Source: an uncultured Gammaproteobacteria bacterium
Lineage (GTDB): Bacteria > Pseudomonadota > Gammaproteobacteria > Pseudomonadales > Moraxellaceae
Reading direction: 5' to 3'
Assembly (NCBI GenBank): GCA_963744895.1
Contig: CAVUUW010000005.1
Location: 1,292,580 to 1,356,579, forward strand
DNA length: 64,000 bases
The position numbers and the translations under genes were made by a program. Shown one piece after another: positions 10,628-22,442 of this stretch (positions within the stretch are counted from its first letter, which is position 1; each line of letters begins with the position of its first letter). The notes beneath the pieces were generated by a model that did not search any database, had not been told where the DNA came from, and saw only the letters and a program-made list of their open reading frames with translations.

Positions 10628-12109
10628 TTAGGAGGAGCAACTGATTGGCATCTGCGGTGTATTGGCATTGGGCGGTGTGGTATCAAGCTCGTTGGCAATG
10701 TCTTGTACGTCATAAGGGTTGGCAAGCAAACGAAAGACCCTATCGACTTCATCAAACTGACCTTGCTCTGCGGCAGTGATTGCCCGCTGTGCCATACTAT
10801 TGCGCAAGACATGGACAGGATTATTGGTCCTCATGTCATTGACAGCTTGTTCAAAAGACACAAGCTCTAATTGTGCCAAATAACTGATTGACCAATCTTG
10901 CCATGCCTTTTGCGCCTTCTGATCCAACTCCGCCGTCATCATTGCCAGCAGATGTTGCTCATAAGGATGCTCGTCTGGCGCGACAAGACCCAACAACGCT
11001 CTAAAGCTATTGGTATAATCGAGTAAATTATCTTCGAGCAACGTTAGCCATTCAAAGGCCAAGATTAAGCTTTCCTTCTCATGTGGTAGTCCAAGCTTAC
11101 GGCACAGTCCTTGCTGGTAATGCTGCATAAAGGTCGCTTCGTAAGGTGCCAAGCATTCTGATAGCGTCTCACGAGTAATGCCCTCTAAACGCATAAAGTG
11201 GGGCAACCAGATATTGAGGTTCCAGTGCCCGATAGCAGGCTGGTTTTGATACGCATAGCGCCCTGTATGGTCGGAATGATTGTTAATCCAAGCGGGGTTA
11301 AAGCGCTCCATAAAGCCGAAAGGGCCAAAGTCTAACGTACTGCCTGTGATGGACAAGTTGTCTGTATTCATGACACCATGCGCAAAGCCAATCAATTGCC
11401 AGTCTGCGATCATTTTTGCAGTACGCTCAACCACCGCTGTCAAAAACGCCGATACAGGTGCGTCGCTGTCGCGGCATTCTGGATAGTACGTATCGATCAT
11501 ATAATCAGTAAATTCATCGAGCAAGTCAGGCGCAAAGCTAGCAATCCATTCAATATGACCAAGACGAATATGGCTATCCGCCACCCGCATCAATGCCGCG
11601 CCTGCTTCCATACGCTCGCGGCGCACACGCGTATCAGATACCACAAATCCCAATGCATTAGAGGAAGGAATACCAAGCTGGGTCAGTGCATGACCACATA
11701 AGTATTCACGAATGGTACTACGCAAGACGGCACGTCCATCACCCATCCGCGAATAAGGCGTTAAGCCAATACCTTTGAGGTGTAAATCTTGTAAGCTATC
11801 ATCCTTATCGAGCACTTGCGCCATCAATAAACCACGTCCATCACCCAGTTGTCCCGCCCATTGTCCAAACTGATGACCTGCGTATGCCATTGCTAATGGC
11901 GTAAACTCAGTAGGTACATAGTGACCAGACAGAATCTCAACCCAGCGCGTCATTAGATCGTCATTTTCTGAAAAGCCCAATTGCTCTGCCACTTGGGTGT
12001 TGAAATGACCCGCTCTTGGATTGTCGAGTGGCGTTGGTGGCTGCTTATGATAAAGGCGTGCGTCCAAATTGACATAAGTGTTTTGATAACGCATAAAAGC
12101 CGCTCCCAT
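10628..12109 (-). CDS. selO: Protein adenylyltransferase SelO (YdiU family)
   Basis: YAGHQFG, GQLGDGR, GDGRAVLRS, HGVMNTDN and DFGPFGF motifs; C-terminal SCSS. The start may be at 12094. Confidence 0.93.
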   Translation of the reverse strand: MGAAFMRYQNTYVNLDARLYHKQPPTPLDNPRAGHFNTQVAEQLGFSENDDLMTRWVEILSGHYVPTEFTPLAMAYAGHQFGQWAGQLGDGRGLLMAQVLDKDDSLQDLHLKGIGLTPYSRMGDGRAVLRSTIREYLCGHALTQLGIPSSNALGFVVSDTRVRRERMEAGAALMRVADSHIRLGHIEWIASFAPDLLDEFTDYMIDTYYPECRDSDAPVSAFLTAVVERTAKMIADWQLIGFAHGVMNTDNLSITGSTLDFGPFGFMERFNPAWINNHSDHTGRYAYQNQPAIGHWNLNIWLPHFMRLEGITRETLSECLAPYEATFMQHYQQGLCRKLGLPHEKESLILAFEWLTLLEDNLLDYTNSFRALLGLVAPDEHPYEQHLLAMMTAELDQKAQKAWQDWSISYLAQLELVSFEQAVNDMRTNNPVHVLRNSMAQRAITAAEQGQFDEVDRVFRLLANPYDVQDIANELDTTPPNANTPQMPISCSS

Positions 12110-12279
12110 TGGAATATTGAATTATAAAAGTTGAATTATTAAAGAAGAAACTTACTATAGCATAGCGTTCATAGTCCATCGTTTCACTCTGTCCATCTCT
12201 TGTAATTTATACTGATAACGCTCTAGGTTTTTATAAAAAGAATAAGGCCGTAATCCGTTAGGATGGTAACGCAAAAGAC

Positions 12280-12313
12280 AAAAAAATCCCTCTATCCATT
12301 GCAGATAGAGGGA
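12280..12313 (-). terminator. Intrinsic terminator of the desaturase gene
   Basis: Minus strand TCCCTCTATC-TGCAATG-GATAGAGGGA then TTTTTTT. Confidence 0.8.
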
Positions 12314-12356
12314 AGGAGAAACGTTAAAATAATGTAGCTAAGATAAGCATCAGCTA

Positions 12357-13760
12357 TTAGGCGGCTTTGGTGTTGTGACCAATAGAGCGAAACGCTGTTT
12401 TTAGATTACTATTGTGTTCAAGAATTTTTTTCTCAATCTTAGCGTAGTCATGCTTTAGCTTGTCATCAACTTCATGCAATCGATCAGCAAACTCTGTTTT
12501 CTTTAGTTCAATGGTTTTAGCTTTTAGTGCTTGCCACTCTTCGACAGTCTGCGTAAAGGCATCATATTCAAACTTAATGCGATCTTGGAACGCTTTCATC
12601 GCATGAGGGATATCTAGACCATTGTCTGTCGCTGTATCGATTTGCTGTTGAGCTTTTTTAAACTGCATTTGTACTTCAGCATGTTTAATAGTCGTATCAT
12701 CTACTGTACGCAGCTCAGTGGTTAAACCAAGCTTAGCTAAACCAGCAATCAACCATTTAGTTGGATCATATTGCCACCATTTTACGCCGTTACGATAGTC
12801 GTATTGGAAGAAATGATGATAGTTATGATAACCTTCGCCCCAAGTCACAAGTGCTAGGAAGAAGTTGTCACGAGCACTGTTGGTATCGGTATATGGGCGC
12901 GTACCAAACATATGACATAAAGAGTTGATGAAAAAGGTAAAGTGATGGGTCAAGACCAAACGCAGCAAACCAACGATGACCAATGTGCCCCATACATCAC
13001 CTAATAACCAACCAATAGCCGCAACCATACCAACATTCAATGCCACAACCCATAAGCCATAGTATTTATGCTGAATTTGCAGGGTTCTGTCTTTGGTTAG
13101 ATCAGGAATATTTTTGTAGTCAAACTTACCACTAGGGTAATTGCGCAGCATCCAACCAATATGGCTGAACCAAAAACCACGCTTCGCTGAATACGGATCG
13201 TCCAAGCGATGATCAACGTGACGATGATGGGTACGGTGACCAGAAACCCAATCAAACGCAGAACCCTGAACCGCTAAGGTAGAACCAAGTAGTAAAAAGT
13301 TTTTTACCACTGGATGTGCTTTATAAGCACGATGCGACAACAGACGATGGTAACCAGCTGTAATACTGATACCTGTCCAAACCATAAACGCACCAAATAC
13401 ACCCCAAACTGGCGCGCTTACTTCATGGGTAAACAAATACCATGGCGTAATAATAGCGGCCGCAATCGGCGTTGCTACCAAGATAGTCGCTGGAATCCAG
13501 TTGATTGGCGCTTTTGTGAATTCAAACTCACGCATGTCAATCACGTCTTCTTTGTTAGAGACGTCAGTGTGACCCACAGTATCAGCGTCGATGCGTTTAG
13601 TAACTGGCTGATCATTGAGTGCGCTTTTCGTTTTATTCTCATCAAAACGCGTTTTAAAACGTGTGACTTGAACGCTGGCGGCTTGTAGTAATGTGTCACC
13701 AGATTTGATAGCGAAACGTAAGCCTTTAAGCGGGAAGCCAAGTGCTTTTTTTGCAATCAT
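12357..13760 (-). CDS. Delta-9 acyl-CoA/acyl-lipid fatty acid desaturase
   Basis: His boxes GYHRLLSH, HRTHH and HNYHH; INSLCH and GEGYHN motifs; TM segments. Confidence 0.92.
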   Translation of the reverse strand: MIAKKALGFPLKGLRFAIKSGDTLLQAASVQVTRFKTRFDENKTKSALNDQPVTKRIDADTVGHTDVSNKEDVIDMREFEFTKAPINWIPATILVATPIAAAIITPWYLFTHEVSAPVWGVFGAFMVWTGISITAGYHRLLSHRAYKAHPVVKNFLLLGSTLAVQGSAFDWVSGHRTHHRHVDHRLDDPYSAKRGFWFSHIGWMLRNYPSGKFDYKNIPDLTKDRTLQIQHKYYGLWVVALNVGMVAAIGWLLGDVWGTLVIVGLLRLVLTHHFTFFINSLCHMFGTRPYTDTNSARDNFFLALVTWGEGYHNYHHFFQYDYRNGVKWWQYDPTKWLIAGLAKLGLTTELRTVDDTTIKHAEVQMQFKKAQQQIDTATDNGLDIPHAMKAFQDRIKFEYDAFTQTVEEWQALKAKTIELKKTEFADRLHEVDDKLKHDYAKIEKKILEHNSNLKTAFRSIGHNTKAA

Positions 13761-13816
13761 ATAATATCCCTAGCGGTATTAATTTAAGTCTCTATATTAC
13801 CTGAAAAACACGATAA

Positions 13817-13834
13817 AGTGAACAGGTATACACT
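13817..13834. promoter_or_regulatory. FabR/DesT-like operator upstream of the desaturase
   Basis: Imperfect 18-bp palindrome AGTGAACAGGTATACACT, 57-74 bp upstream of the desaturase start. It resembles the AGTGWAC-N4-GTWCACT-type sites of FabR/DesT as I recall them. Confidence 0.55.
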
Positions 13835-13984
13835 ATAAAAATATTGCTAAATAACAATAACTTGTATGGATTATTGAATGTATTCACAAAAATAATTGAT
13901 GACTTGTCAGGCATGGGGTGAAAGTGTAAGAAATACGATAAATATGTACATTGTGTGGGATAAATGAAAAGACAGAAAATTTGG

Positions 13985-14713
13985 TTAATTTAAGAGCAAA
14001 TAACTTGGAAAATCAGTGATAATAACGTCCGTTTGCCATTTGATAAGCTGTTTGACCGCATTCATATCATTGACTGTCCATGCACTGATTGGCAAACCGT
14101 AGCGATGGCTATGCTTAATAAATGACTCGCTTAATAGAGGATAATGGATACCCAGCTGGGAACAGCCGAGCGTTCTGGCCATATTGGTGGCCGACGTTAG
14201 CGTTTGTTGCGTACGAATCAATAAACCACGTGGTATATTTTTTAGCTGTTTATTGCGTTGCAACCGTGCATGTAACTCCATATCAAAACTGGTCAGGACA
14301 ATCGGGAGCGCGCCCACAGGGCCGTCAATCAAGTCGCGTGTCAACGCCTTAATCAATTTGGCGTAATCAGTACGATCATGGGTTTTAATTTCAAGCTCAA
14401 TGTAAGTAAAGCTAGTGAGCGTAGGCGCTATGCTAGGCAAGTCAATGATTTGCTGCTCAAACTGTCGATGGCGTTGAATCTCTACCATACTTAATTGATC
14501 GATGCGTGACTGCTGACCGCACATGCGTATTAGATCATCGTCATGAAATACCATCAAATGACCATCAGCACTTAATTGAACATCAAACTCAATACCCGTT
14601 AAGCCTCGTGCTTTGAGGCGCTGGGCATATTCAAAGCCCGTAAAGGTGTTTTCTATTGCCTCGCCACGAGCGCCGCGATGACCCAATAAAAGCGTTTGTC
14701 CAAGATTTATCAT
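13985..14713 (-). CDS. Glycerophosphodiester phosphodiesterase family protein
   Basis: GHRGARG, IENT, GIEFDVQLSADG, FHDD, IELEIK, WTVND and IITDFP motifs. Confidence 0.9.
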   Translation of the reverse strand: MINLGQTLLLGHRGARGEAIENTFTGFEYAQRLKARGLTGIEFDVQLSADGHLMVFHDDDLIRMCGQQSRIDQLSMVEIQRHRQFEQQIIDLPSIAPTLTSFTYIELEIKTHDRTDYAKLIKALTRDLIDGPVGALPIVLTSFDMELHARLQRNKQLKNIPRGLLIRTQQTLTSATNMARTLGCSQLGIHYPLLSESFIKHSHRYGLPISAWTVNDMNAVKQLIKWQTDVIITDFPSYLLLN

Positions 14714-15042
14714 AATTATACATAGTGATGGCTATTTTTAGGGGTAATCATATAGTGTCATATGAGTGGCGTCTAATAAAATTTACTTAATGAATAATGG
14801 TTTTGGGAGGATTTATAGAATCGCGGTTAGCCTATGTTTGTTATGTTTTTGCAACCAAGCGCAGGTTTTGCGCGTAATGAGTGACGTTATTTGTACATCT
14901 AGCGGTTACACTAATGACCATTTCATTCAAAGACCGTATAATGGCGAAGTTTTCGAACTGATGGTCGCTAGGGCTGCGGTTTGAACATCAATCACTGTCC
15001 ATCAGTGGCGGTACGAATCAGTAAATTGGGAGCAAAAGAGAC

Positions 15043-15996
15043 ATGAGCGTAGCAAATAATGGTTTGAGCAAGTGGCACAAAGTTGCTGGAATTGGCATAG
15101 TATGTAGTTTGGCGCTTGCAGGCTGCGATCGCTCAGAGAAAGAAGACACGACTCAAACAGCAGAAGTAGCGGAGCAAGAAACTGTCGTGACTGAAGATGC
15201 TTCAGCCACTGCGGTCAGCTGTAATGATCCAATGGTACAAGATCGTCTTAAAGCGGCTCTAAAAAACACACTTAATCAGCAAGCACAAGCGCGCGCGACC
15301 AGCTATGCTGAGCAATCAGAAATCAACTTAGCAAGCGGTGTTATTGGTGAAAAAACCAACGGTATTGTGATCGATGTACAAAATGCAGCCGTTATACAAG
15401 AAGCCAATACCAATGGTATGACCACTTGTCAGGCAAGTATTAGTATGACATTGCCAAGCGAAGACTTGTATCAAGCCAGCCAAGTACAAGCGGCTAATAA
15501 TCAGCCAAGTTTGCAGTCACGCTTAGCGCAAAACAACATTCGCATCAATAATAATATGCTCGTTGATGATGCCTTTACCTATGTTGTGGGTACTCAGGGC
15601 GGTCAAGTACGTACACGTATTGCTGGTCAACCAGCCTTGTTGACTGTCGTCTCTGATGTCATAGCAGGATCAGTTTTTAAATCAGCGCTTGATGAGCAGC
15701 GTGCCGAACGCGCGGCTGCACAGAGCAACAGCAGTAGCGACAATACAGCCGCGCCAACTCGTCAGCCTAGAACGGTGACGCCAGTTGAACCCATTCGTCC
15801 GACTGAGCCAACACCAACGCCTAGCGTCAATCGCCCAAGCAACAATCAGAGCACTGCTAATCAAGGCAGCTCGACAGAAGGCAACACTGCTAGTGCAAAT
15901 GCGGGTAACCCGACAACACCTGCTGTACCGAAAGTCGTGCCAAAAGATGAGAGCATCGATATGGTGATTATCGAAGATGAAAGCGCTACTTATTGA
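15043..15996 (+). CDS. Hypothetical lipoprotein with Pro/Thr/Asn/Ser-rich C-terminal tail
   Basis: Lipobox LALAGC, upstream purine-rich RBS, low-complexity C-terminus, followed by a terminator. Confidence 0.8.
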   Translation: MSVANNGLSKWHKVAGIGIVCSLALAGCDRSEKEDTTQTAEVAEQETVVTEDASATAVSCNDPMVQDRLKAALKNTLNQQAQARATSYAEQSEINLASGVIGEKTNGIVIDVQNAAVIQEANTNGMTTCQASISMTLPSEDLYQASQVQAANNQPSLQSRLAQNNIRINNNMLVDDAFTYVVGTQGGQVRTRIAGQPALLTVVSDVIAGSVFKSALDEQRAERAAAQSNSSSDNTAAPTRQPRTVTPVEPIRPTEPTPTPSVNRPSNNQSTANQGSSTEGNTASANAGNPTTPAVPKVVPKDESIDMVIIEDESATY

Positions 15997-16052
15997 TCTA
16001 TAAAATCTAAGCCATGGTTGAGTGCTATTTTTGAGTAATAGCATCTCATCAT

Positions 16053-16088
16053 AAAAAAGCCCGCAATATTAATATTGCGGGCTTTTTT
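16053..16088. terminator. Bidirectional terminator (perfect 36-bp palindrome)
   Basis: AAAAAAGCCCGCAATATTAATATTGCGGGCTTTTTT lies between convergent genes. Confidence 0.9.
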
Positions 16089-16099
16089 GTTTTATATCA

Positions 16100-16696
16100 C
16101 TACTTGTCTTCAGCGAATGTTTGCAAGACTTGACTGTCCCATAGTACTTCAGAGACTTGTTCGGGATCTGTGCAAAAGCGCGCGGCGACAAACAACCAGT
16201 CAGACAAGCGATTGATAAAGCTTATGGCAGTGCTACGTATTGCAGACGGGCGCTGCTCTTGTAATAACACGGCTTGGCGCTCAGCTCGGCGACACACACT
16301 ACGTGCTACATGTAACTGGCTCACCAGCACAGAACCTGTCGGCAAAATAAAATCTTTAAGTGGTGGCAGGGTGGCATTCATCACATCGATTTGCTGCTCG
16401 AGCCACTCGATATGGGTGGCATTGACACCTTCATACTCTGGCATGGCAAGCTCGCCGCCGATATTGAATAATAAATGCTGAATCACAACTAAAGCTTGAG
16501 AAAAATCTCTGCTAATAGATTGACCTTTGTTTCTTTGTAGTTGAGCACGTACCAGTCCGATATGCGAGTTAAGCTCATCGATATCACCCATGACACTAAA
16601 CAGATTGTCAGCCTTACTAAGGCGACTGCCATCAGCCATACCAGTGCTGCCGTCATCCCCAGTACGCGTATATATTTTGCTTAATCGATTGCCCAT
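16100..16696 (-). CDS. Cob(I)alamin adenosyltransferase, PduO type
   Basis: SKIYTRTGDDGST, GDIDELNSHIG, RSVCRRAER and NRLSDWLFVAAR motifs. Confidence 0.92.
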   Translation of the reverse strand: MGNRLSKIYTRTGDDGSTGMADGSRLSKADNLFSVMGDIDELNSHIGLVRAQLQRNKGQSISRDFSQALVVIQHLLFNIGGELAMPEYEGVNATHIEWLEQQIDVMNATLPPLKDFILPTGSVLVSQLHVARSVCRRAERQAVLLQEQRPSAIRSTAISFINRLSDWLFVAARFCTDPEQVSEVLWDSQVLQTFAEDK

Positions 16697-16920
16697 CTTT
16701 ACATCCTTAATGATTTTTATACTTGAATGGTAGTAGTTGCATGCTCATTGTAGTATTTTACGCCTGTTTTCGCTAAGATAATGGGTTACGTTTTATATTG
16801 CGATATAAACTACCTTCAATTTTTCAAAATTATAATCATACTATCGGTACGGCTTGCTCATTTGCTGCGGCTGATATTTTTTATTTATCTATTCTATTTA
16901 TGTTAAAAGGCTCTTTTATT

Positions 16921-18381
16921 ATGACCACACCACTTGCAGATGCGATGTCTCAACTTGCTATTTATGACTCACTGACTGGCGGCAAGCGTCCGTTTGAACC
17001 ACTCAAAGCAGGGCAAGTGGGAATGTATGTGTGTGGTATGACCGTCTATGACTATTGTCACATCGGGCATGCTCGAATGATGATTGGGTTTGATATGGCG
17101 GTGCGTTGGCTAACGCAACTGGGTTATGACGTCAATTATGTACGTAATATCACGGATATCGATGACAAAATTATCGCACGCGCTGCCGAGAATGGCGAAG
17201 AGATTGGTGCACTGACTCAGCGCTTTATTACAGCGATGCATGAGGATTTTGCAGCCCTTGGGTGCTTGGCACCTGATGCTGAACCGAGAGCGACCGATCA
17301 TATCGATGACATGCAGCACATGATAGAGACGCTGGTCACTGGTGACTATGCATATGCAGGCGACAATGGCGATGTCTATTATGCCGTCGATAGCTTTGCA
17401 GATTATGGCAAATTGTCTAAGCGCAATCTTGATGAGATGCAGGCAGGCTCGCGTGTCGATGTCGAAAATGATAAGCGAAATCCGTTTGACTTTGTGCTCT
17501 GGAAAGCGGCGAAACCTGATGAGCCGCAGTGGGCGTCACCTTGGGGGCAGGGGCGTCCGGGTTGGCATATTGAATGCTCGGCCATGTCGACCAAGTGCTT
17601 GGGCAATACCTTTGATATTCATGGCGGTGGTCATGACTTGCAGTTTCCGCATCATGAGAACGAGATTGCACAGTCCGAAGCGGCGACGGGTTGCGAGTAC
17701 GCGCGTAACTGGATGCACGTGGGATTCATTAATGTTGATGGCGAAAAAATGTCCAAGTCGTTGGCTAATTTTTCAACCATTCGTGATGTCATGGCAAAAT
17801 ACTTGCCTGAAACGGTGCGTTTCTTCTTATTATCAAGCCATTATCGTAGTCAAGTTAATTTCTCTGATAGCGCTTTAGATGAAGCGCATAATAGCCTAAG
17901 CAGATTGTATAATGCATTAAAATTGGCTGAACAGCAAAAAGGGCAAGCAATCGTAATCGATGAAGACTTGACCACCGAAGCTTATCGTACAGCTGCTGGG
18001 CAAGATTTCATCAAAGCCATGAATGATGATTTTAATAGTTCGACGGCGATTAGTGTTTTATTTGGTCTAGCGCGCGATATCAATAAAGCCGTCAAAGCTG
18101 AAGAAGTAGAGACAGCATGGCAGTTGGCGCAGCAATTAAAAGCCTTGGCGCAGGTATTGAATATATTACAACAACCTGTGCAGCAGTTTTTGCAAGCGGT
18201 GATTGGTGATAAAGCAGAAGATGGTTTAACCGATGCAGCTATTGATGGATTAATCATCGAGCGTGCAGACGCCAAAACCAACAAAAACTTTGCACGTGCT
18301 GATGAAATACGCGAGCAGCTAAAAGAGGCTGGGATTGAGCTTGAAGACAGCCGTGCTGGTACCACATGGCGCCGCGCATAA
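16921..18381 (+). CDS. cysS: Cysteine--tRNA ligase
   Basis: [34 protein letters not shown] and KMSKS motifs. The likely start is ATG 16921 (track begins at 16798). Confidence 0.96.
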   Translation: MTTPLADAMSQLAIYDSLTGGKRPFEPLKAGQVGMYVCGMTVYDYCHIGHARMMIGFDMAVRWLTQLGYDVNYVRNITDIDDKIIARAAENGEEIGALTQRFITAMHEDFAALGCLAPDAEPRATDHIDDMQHMIETLVTGDYAYAGDNGDVYYAVDSFADYGKLSKRNLDEMQAGSRVDVENDKRNPFDFVLWKAAKPDEPQWASPWGQGRPGWHIECSAMSTKCLGNTFDIHGGGHDLQFPHHENEIAQSEAATGCEYARNWMHVGFINVDGEKMSKSLANFSTIRDVMAKYLPETVRFFLLSSHYRSQVNFSDSALDEAHNSLSRLYNALKLAEQQKGQAIVIDEDLTTEAYRTAAGQDFIKAMNDDFNSSTAISVLFGLARDINKAVKAEEVETAWQLAQQLKALAQVLNILQQPVQQFLQAVIGDKAEDGLTDAAIDGLIIERADAKTNKNFARADEIREQLKEAGIELEDSRAGTTWRRA

Positions 18382-18422
18382 ATCAGAAATTACAAAACAT
18401 ACCCATTTATAGTAATAAACTA

Positions 18423-18447
18423 AGTCAGCTTTATGCTGGCTTTTTTT
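18423..18447 (+). terminator. Intrinsic terminator after cysS
   Basis: AGTCAGC-TTTAT-GCTGGCT followed by a T-tract. Confidence 0.7.
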
Positions 18448-18527
18448 GTAGACTGCACTAAGTTAAATACACAATAAAAACGCGTTTTCTTAAGAAGATG
18501 TTATACAAATAGGTAGCTTTTGAATAT

Positions 18528-20507
18528 ATGAATACTCTTAAAAATAGTAATGCTGATGACCGTGGCATAGCAATAGATATTGACTGTGGTCACCGCCGCG
18601 ATGTAGAGCGTAATAGTATCCACTACAATGCAGTGCAGGTGATTTTAGGGTTTCTTGTTATAGCCATCAGCGCCATCTATTTACCCGCGAGTGCGGCAAA
18701 CGAGCAAACCTCAAATGAGGAAGACCGCTCACAAGTCGCTAGTAAACCTGATAATTTGTCTGAATACGCGGTTCAAAAATTCAACACGATCAAAGACAAA
18801 AACGTCAATATTTCTAGCGTTGCTGAAGACTTGTTTGATCCTACTGAACGTAATGCAGTACAACAGGCTGGCACGCTACAAGGTGATACCGGACTTACGG
18901 GAGAATATAATGAAAGTTATTACTTATTAGACAAGATCAACGTAGGATTGCCACCCTTATCTAAGCCAGCAAATCTAAGCACACCACTGGCGACTTTGGA
19001 GTTCTTTCAATCAGCAATGATGAAGCAGCAGTATGATTTGGCTGCTTACGCGCTTAATATGAATTTGATTGACGAAAACATTCAGCGTAATCATGCGATT
19101 GAATTATCAAAACGTCTTGATTTTTTATTGTCAGAAAAAGATCTGTACGTATTCGATGACTTGCCGGATCGTCCCGACGGTTTGATTGAGCCACCGCTCG
19201 GCAACAATAGCAGTATCATGGGTATTGCCAGACGCTCTATTCAACTTGGTTATATTGACTACCGTGAACGACGTGTTCCGATTTCTCTACAGCGGGTACA
19301 AGTGAACGATAGCGCGCCTATTTGGGTATTTTCTGCTCAGACAGTGGGTAATATTGACAATCTTTATGCGCAGTATCATCCAGCAGAATTTGAACGTTAT
19401 TTGCCTGTGTGGATGAAGCTCAAATTTTTTGGTATTGCGTTGTGGGAGTTTTCGGCGCTTGTTTTATTCTTCTTATTCACGATGGGCATTGGTTGGATAT
19501 TCAGTAAAATAACGGAAAGTCTCATCAGCCGCTTTATCGATGCAGAAAAGTACAGTATGTACGTCGGTAGTAGCAATGGCGTTGCAGATTTAGTCAGTAA
19601 GCTCACCGTACCCTTAACTTTTACCATTAGTTTTTCATTGGTTTTTACCTTAGTCTCAGGTGGGTTTCCTTATCTAGATGCTGTTGCCTCATCGACCCGT
19701 CCGCTGATTTGGATTGGATTGGTTTTTAGTGCCCTTTGGTTGGGTATTCGTATCATTAACTTCTTCGCCAATCGCTATCAAAATATGCAGATTGAAAACC
19801 TAGGAGAGGAGCATTTTGATAAGGTGCGCCGTCGCCGTACTTATGTGTCGATATTTCGCCGTGTATTTATTTTTGTCATGGTTTTAGGCAGTATTTGGGT
19901 TGGCCTTAGTGAGTTTGCCAATATGGAAGGCCTTGGAAAGACACTGTTGACCTCGGCTGGGATTGCAGGTGTGGTCATTGGTATCGCGGCTCAGCCTATT
20001 TTAGGCAATGTTATTGCGGGCGTGCAGGTAGCAGTGACGCAGCCGGTACGGATTGGTGATAGTGTAATAATGGATGGCAATTTTAGTACTGTAGAAGACC
20101 TGCGTTACACTTATGCGGTCCTCAAAACATGGGATGAACGTCGATTAATTATACCGATGCGCCAGCTGATTACTGAAAAGGTGGAGAACTGGTCACACAC
20201 AAAGGTACATCAGACCTGTCCTGTGTTTTTATACATTGATTATGGCGCAGATATTGATGCCATTCGTCAGCATTTTATATCGGTGACGAAAGATAATGAG
20301 CTTTGGGACAACGAAACTGAGCCTGAAATATTTGTCGTCGAAGCAACAGAAAACACCATTCAACTGCGCGGCGCTGTTTCAGCAGTAGGTCCTATGGAAG
20401 CATGGACGCTAGCTTGCGAAGTGCGTGAGCAGATGCTTGGCTACTTGTATGAGAAGCAAAACAAGTATCTACCGACAGAGCGTTTTACGTTGACAGAGAA
20501 CCCATAG
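18528..20507 (+). CDS. MscS-family mechanosensitive channel with large N-terminal periplasmic domain
   Basis: GIAAQPILGNVIAG and VRIGDSV..G.VEDLRYTY MscS core, several TM helices, N-terminal export signal. Confidence 0.88.
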   Translation: MNTLKNSNADDRGIAIDIDCGHRRDVERNSIHYNAVQVILGFLVIAISAIYLPASAANEQTSNEEDRSQVASKPDNLSEYAVQKFNTIKDKNVNISSVAEDLFDPTERNAVQQAGTLQGDTGLTGEYNESYYLLDKINVGLPPLSKPANLSTPLATLEFFQSAMMKQQYDLAAYALNMNLIDENIQRNHAIELSKRLDFLLSEKDLYVFDDLPDRPDGLIEPPLGNNSSIMGIARRSIQLGYIDYRERRVPISLQRVQVNDSAPIWVFSAQTVGNIDNLYAQYHPAEFERYLPVWMKLKFFGIALWEFSALVLFFLFTMGIGWIFSKITESLISRFIDAEKYSMYVGSSNGVADLVSKLTVPLTFTISFSLVFTLVSGGFPYLDAVASSTRPLIWIGLVFSALWLGIRIINFFANRYQNMQIENLGEEHFDKVRRRRTYVSIFRRVFIFVMVLGSIWVGLSEFANMEGLGKTLLTSAGIAGVVIGIAAQPILGNVIAGVQVAVTQPVRIGDSVIMDGNFSTVEDLRYTYAVLKTWDERRLIIPMRQLITEKVENWSHTKVHQTCPVFLYIDYGADIDAIRQHFISVTKDNELWDNETEPEIFVVEATENTIQLRGAVSAVGPMEAWTLACEVREQMLGYLYEKQNKYLPTERFTLTENP

Positions 20508-20749
20508 TTGCCGGAGAAAGTCATTAACTGTAAAAACGGATGATATAACCATATAGCGCATGCTTGTCATCGACAAAGACGTATTGGTGTAAAATAATCT
20601 GACAAATATAGTATGTCAGAGAGGTGCTTATTTGTTATAATATGGCGTTATTTTTATAGGATAACTGAGTGGTTAGCCATAATTCGGCGCTGTGCATGCC
20701 ATTGCCATGATTGATATGTCTAACCCTGAGCTCCTACCCATCAAAATAA

Positions 20750-22240
<1,491 letters not shown>

Positions 22241-22315
22241 ACATTGTTTGATACTGATAGTCCTGTTTGACCCTCGTTATCGTTTGTTTGCAGGACTGTA
22301 GAGACTTTAATATAC

Positions 22316-22358
22316 AAACAGCCAACAATGCTCTGTCATTGTTGGCTGTTTTTTTTGT
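22316..22358 (+). terminator. Intrinsic terminator after guaB
   Basis: AAACAGCCAACAATG-CTCTGT-CATTGTTGGCTGTTTTTTTT. Confidence 0.85.
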
Positions 22359-22442
22359 AAAATATAGAACGAATTATTATAACGACAGCTGAGCCTGTGC
22401 ATACGTTTGGCCTTTTATTCTTATACTTAGGAAATACACATA

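Noticed and set aside
10628-10640. Selenocysteine in SelO
   Set aside because: The C-terminus encodes Cys (SCSS), with no in-frame TGA.
14766-14984. 72-aa intergenic ORF
   Set aside because: GTG start with no clear RBS and no recognisable motif; it overlaps the probable promoter and leader of the lipoprotein gene.
17342-17878. 178-aa alternative-frame ORF inside cysS, and the many other overlapping or antisense ORFs in the track (e.g. 20824-21309, 43887-44300)
   Set aside because: These are shadow ORFs of well-supported genes, with no motifs or RBS.
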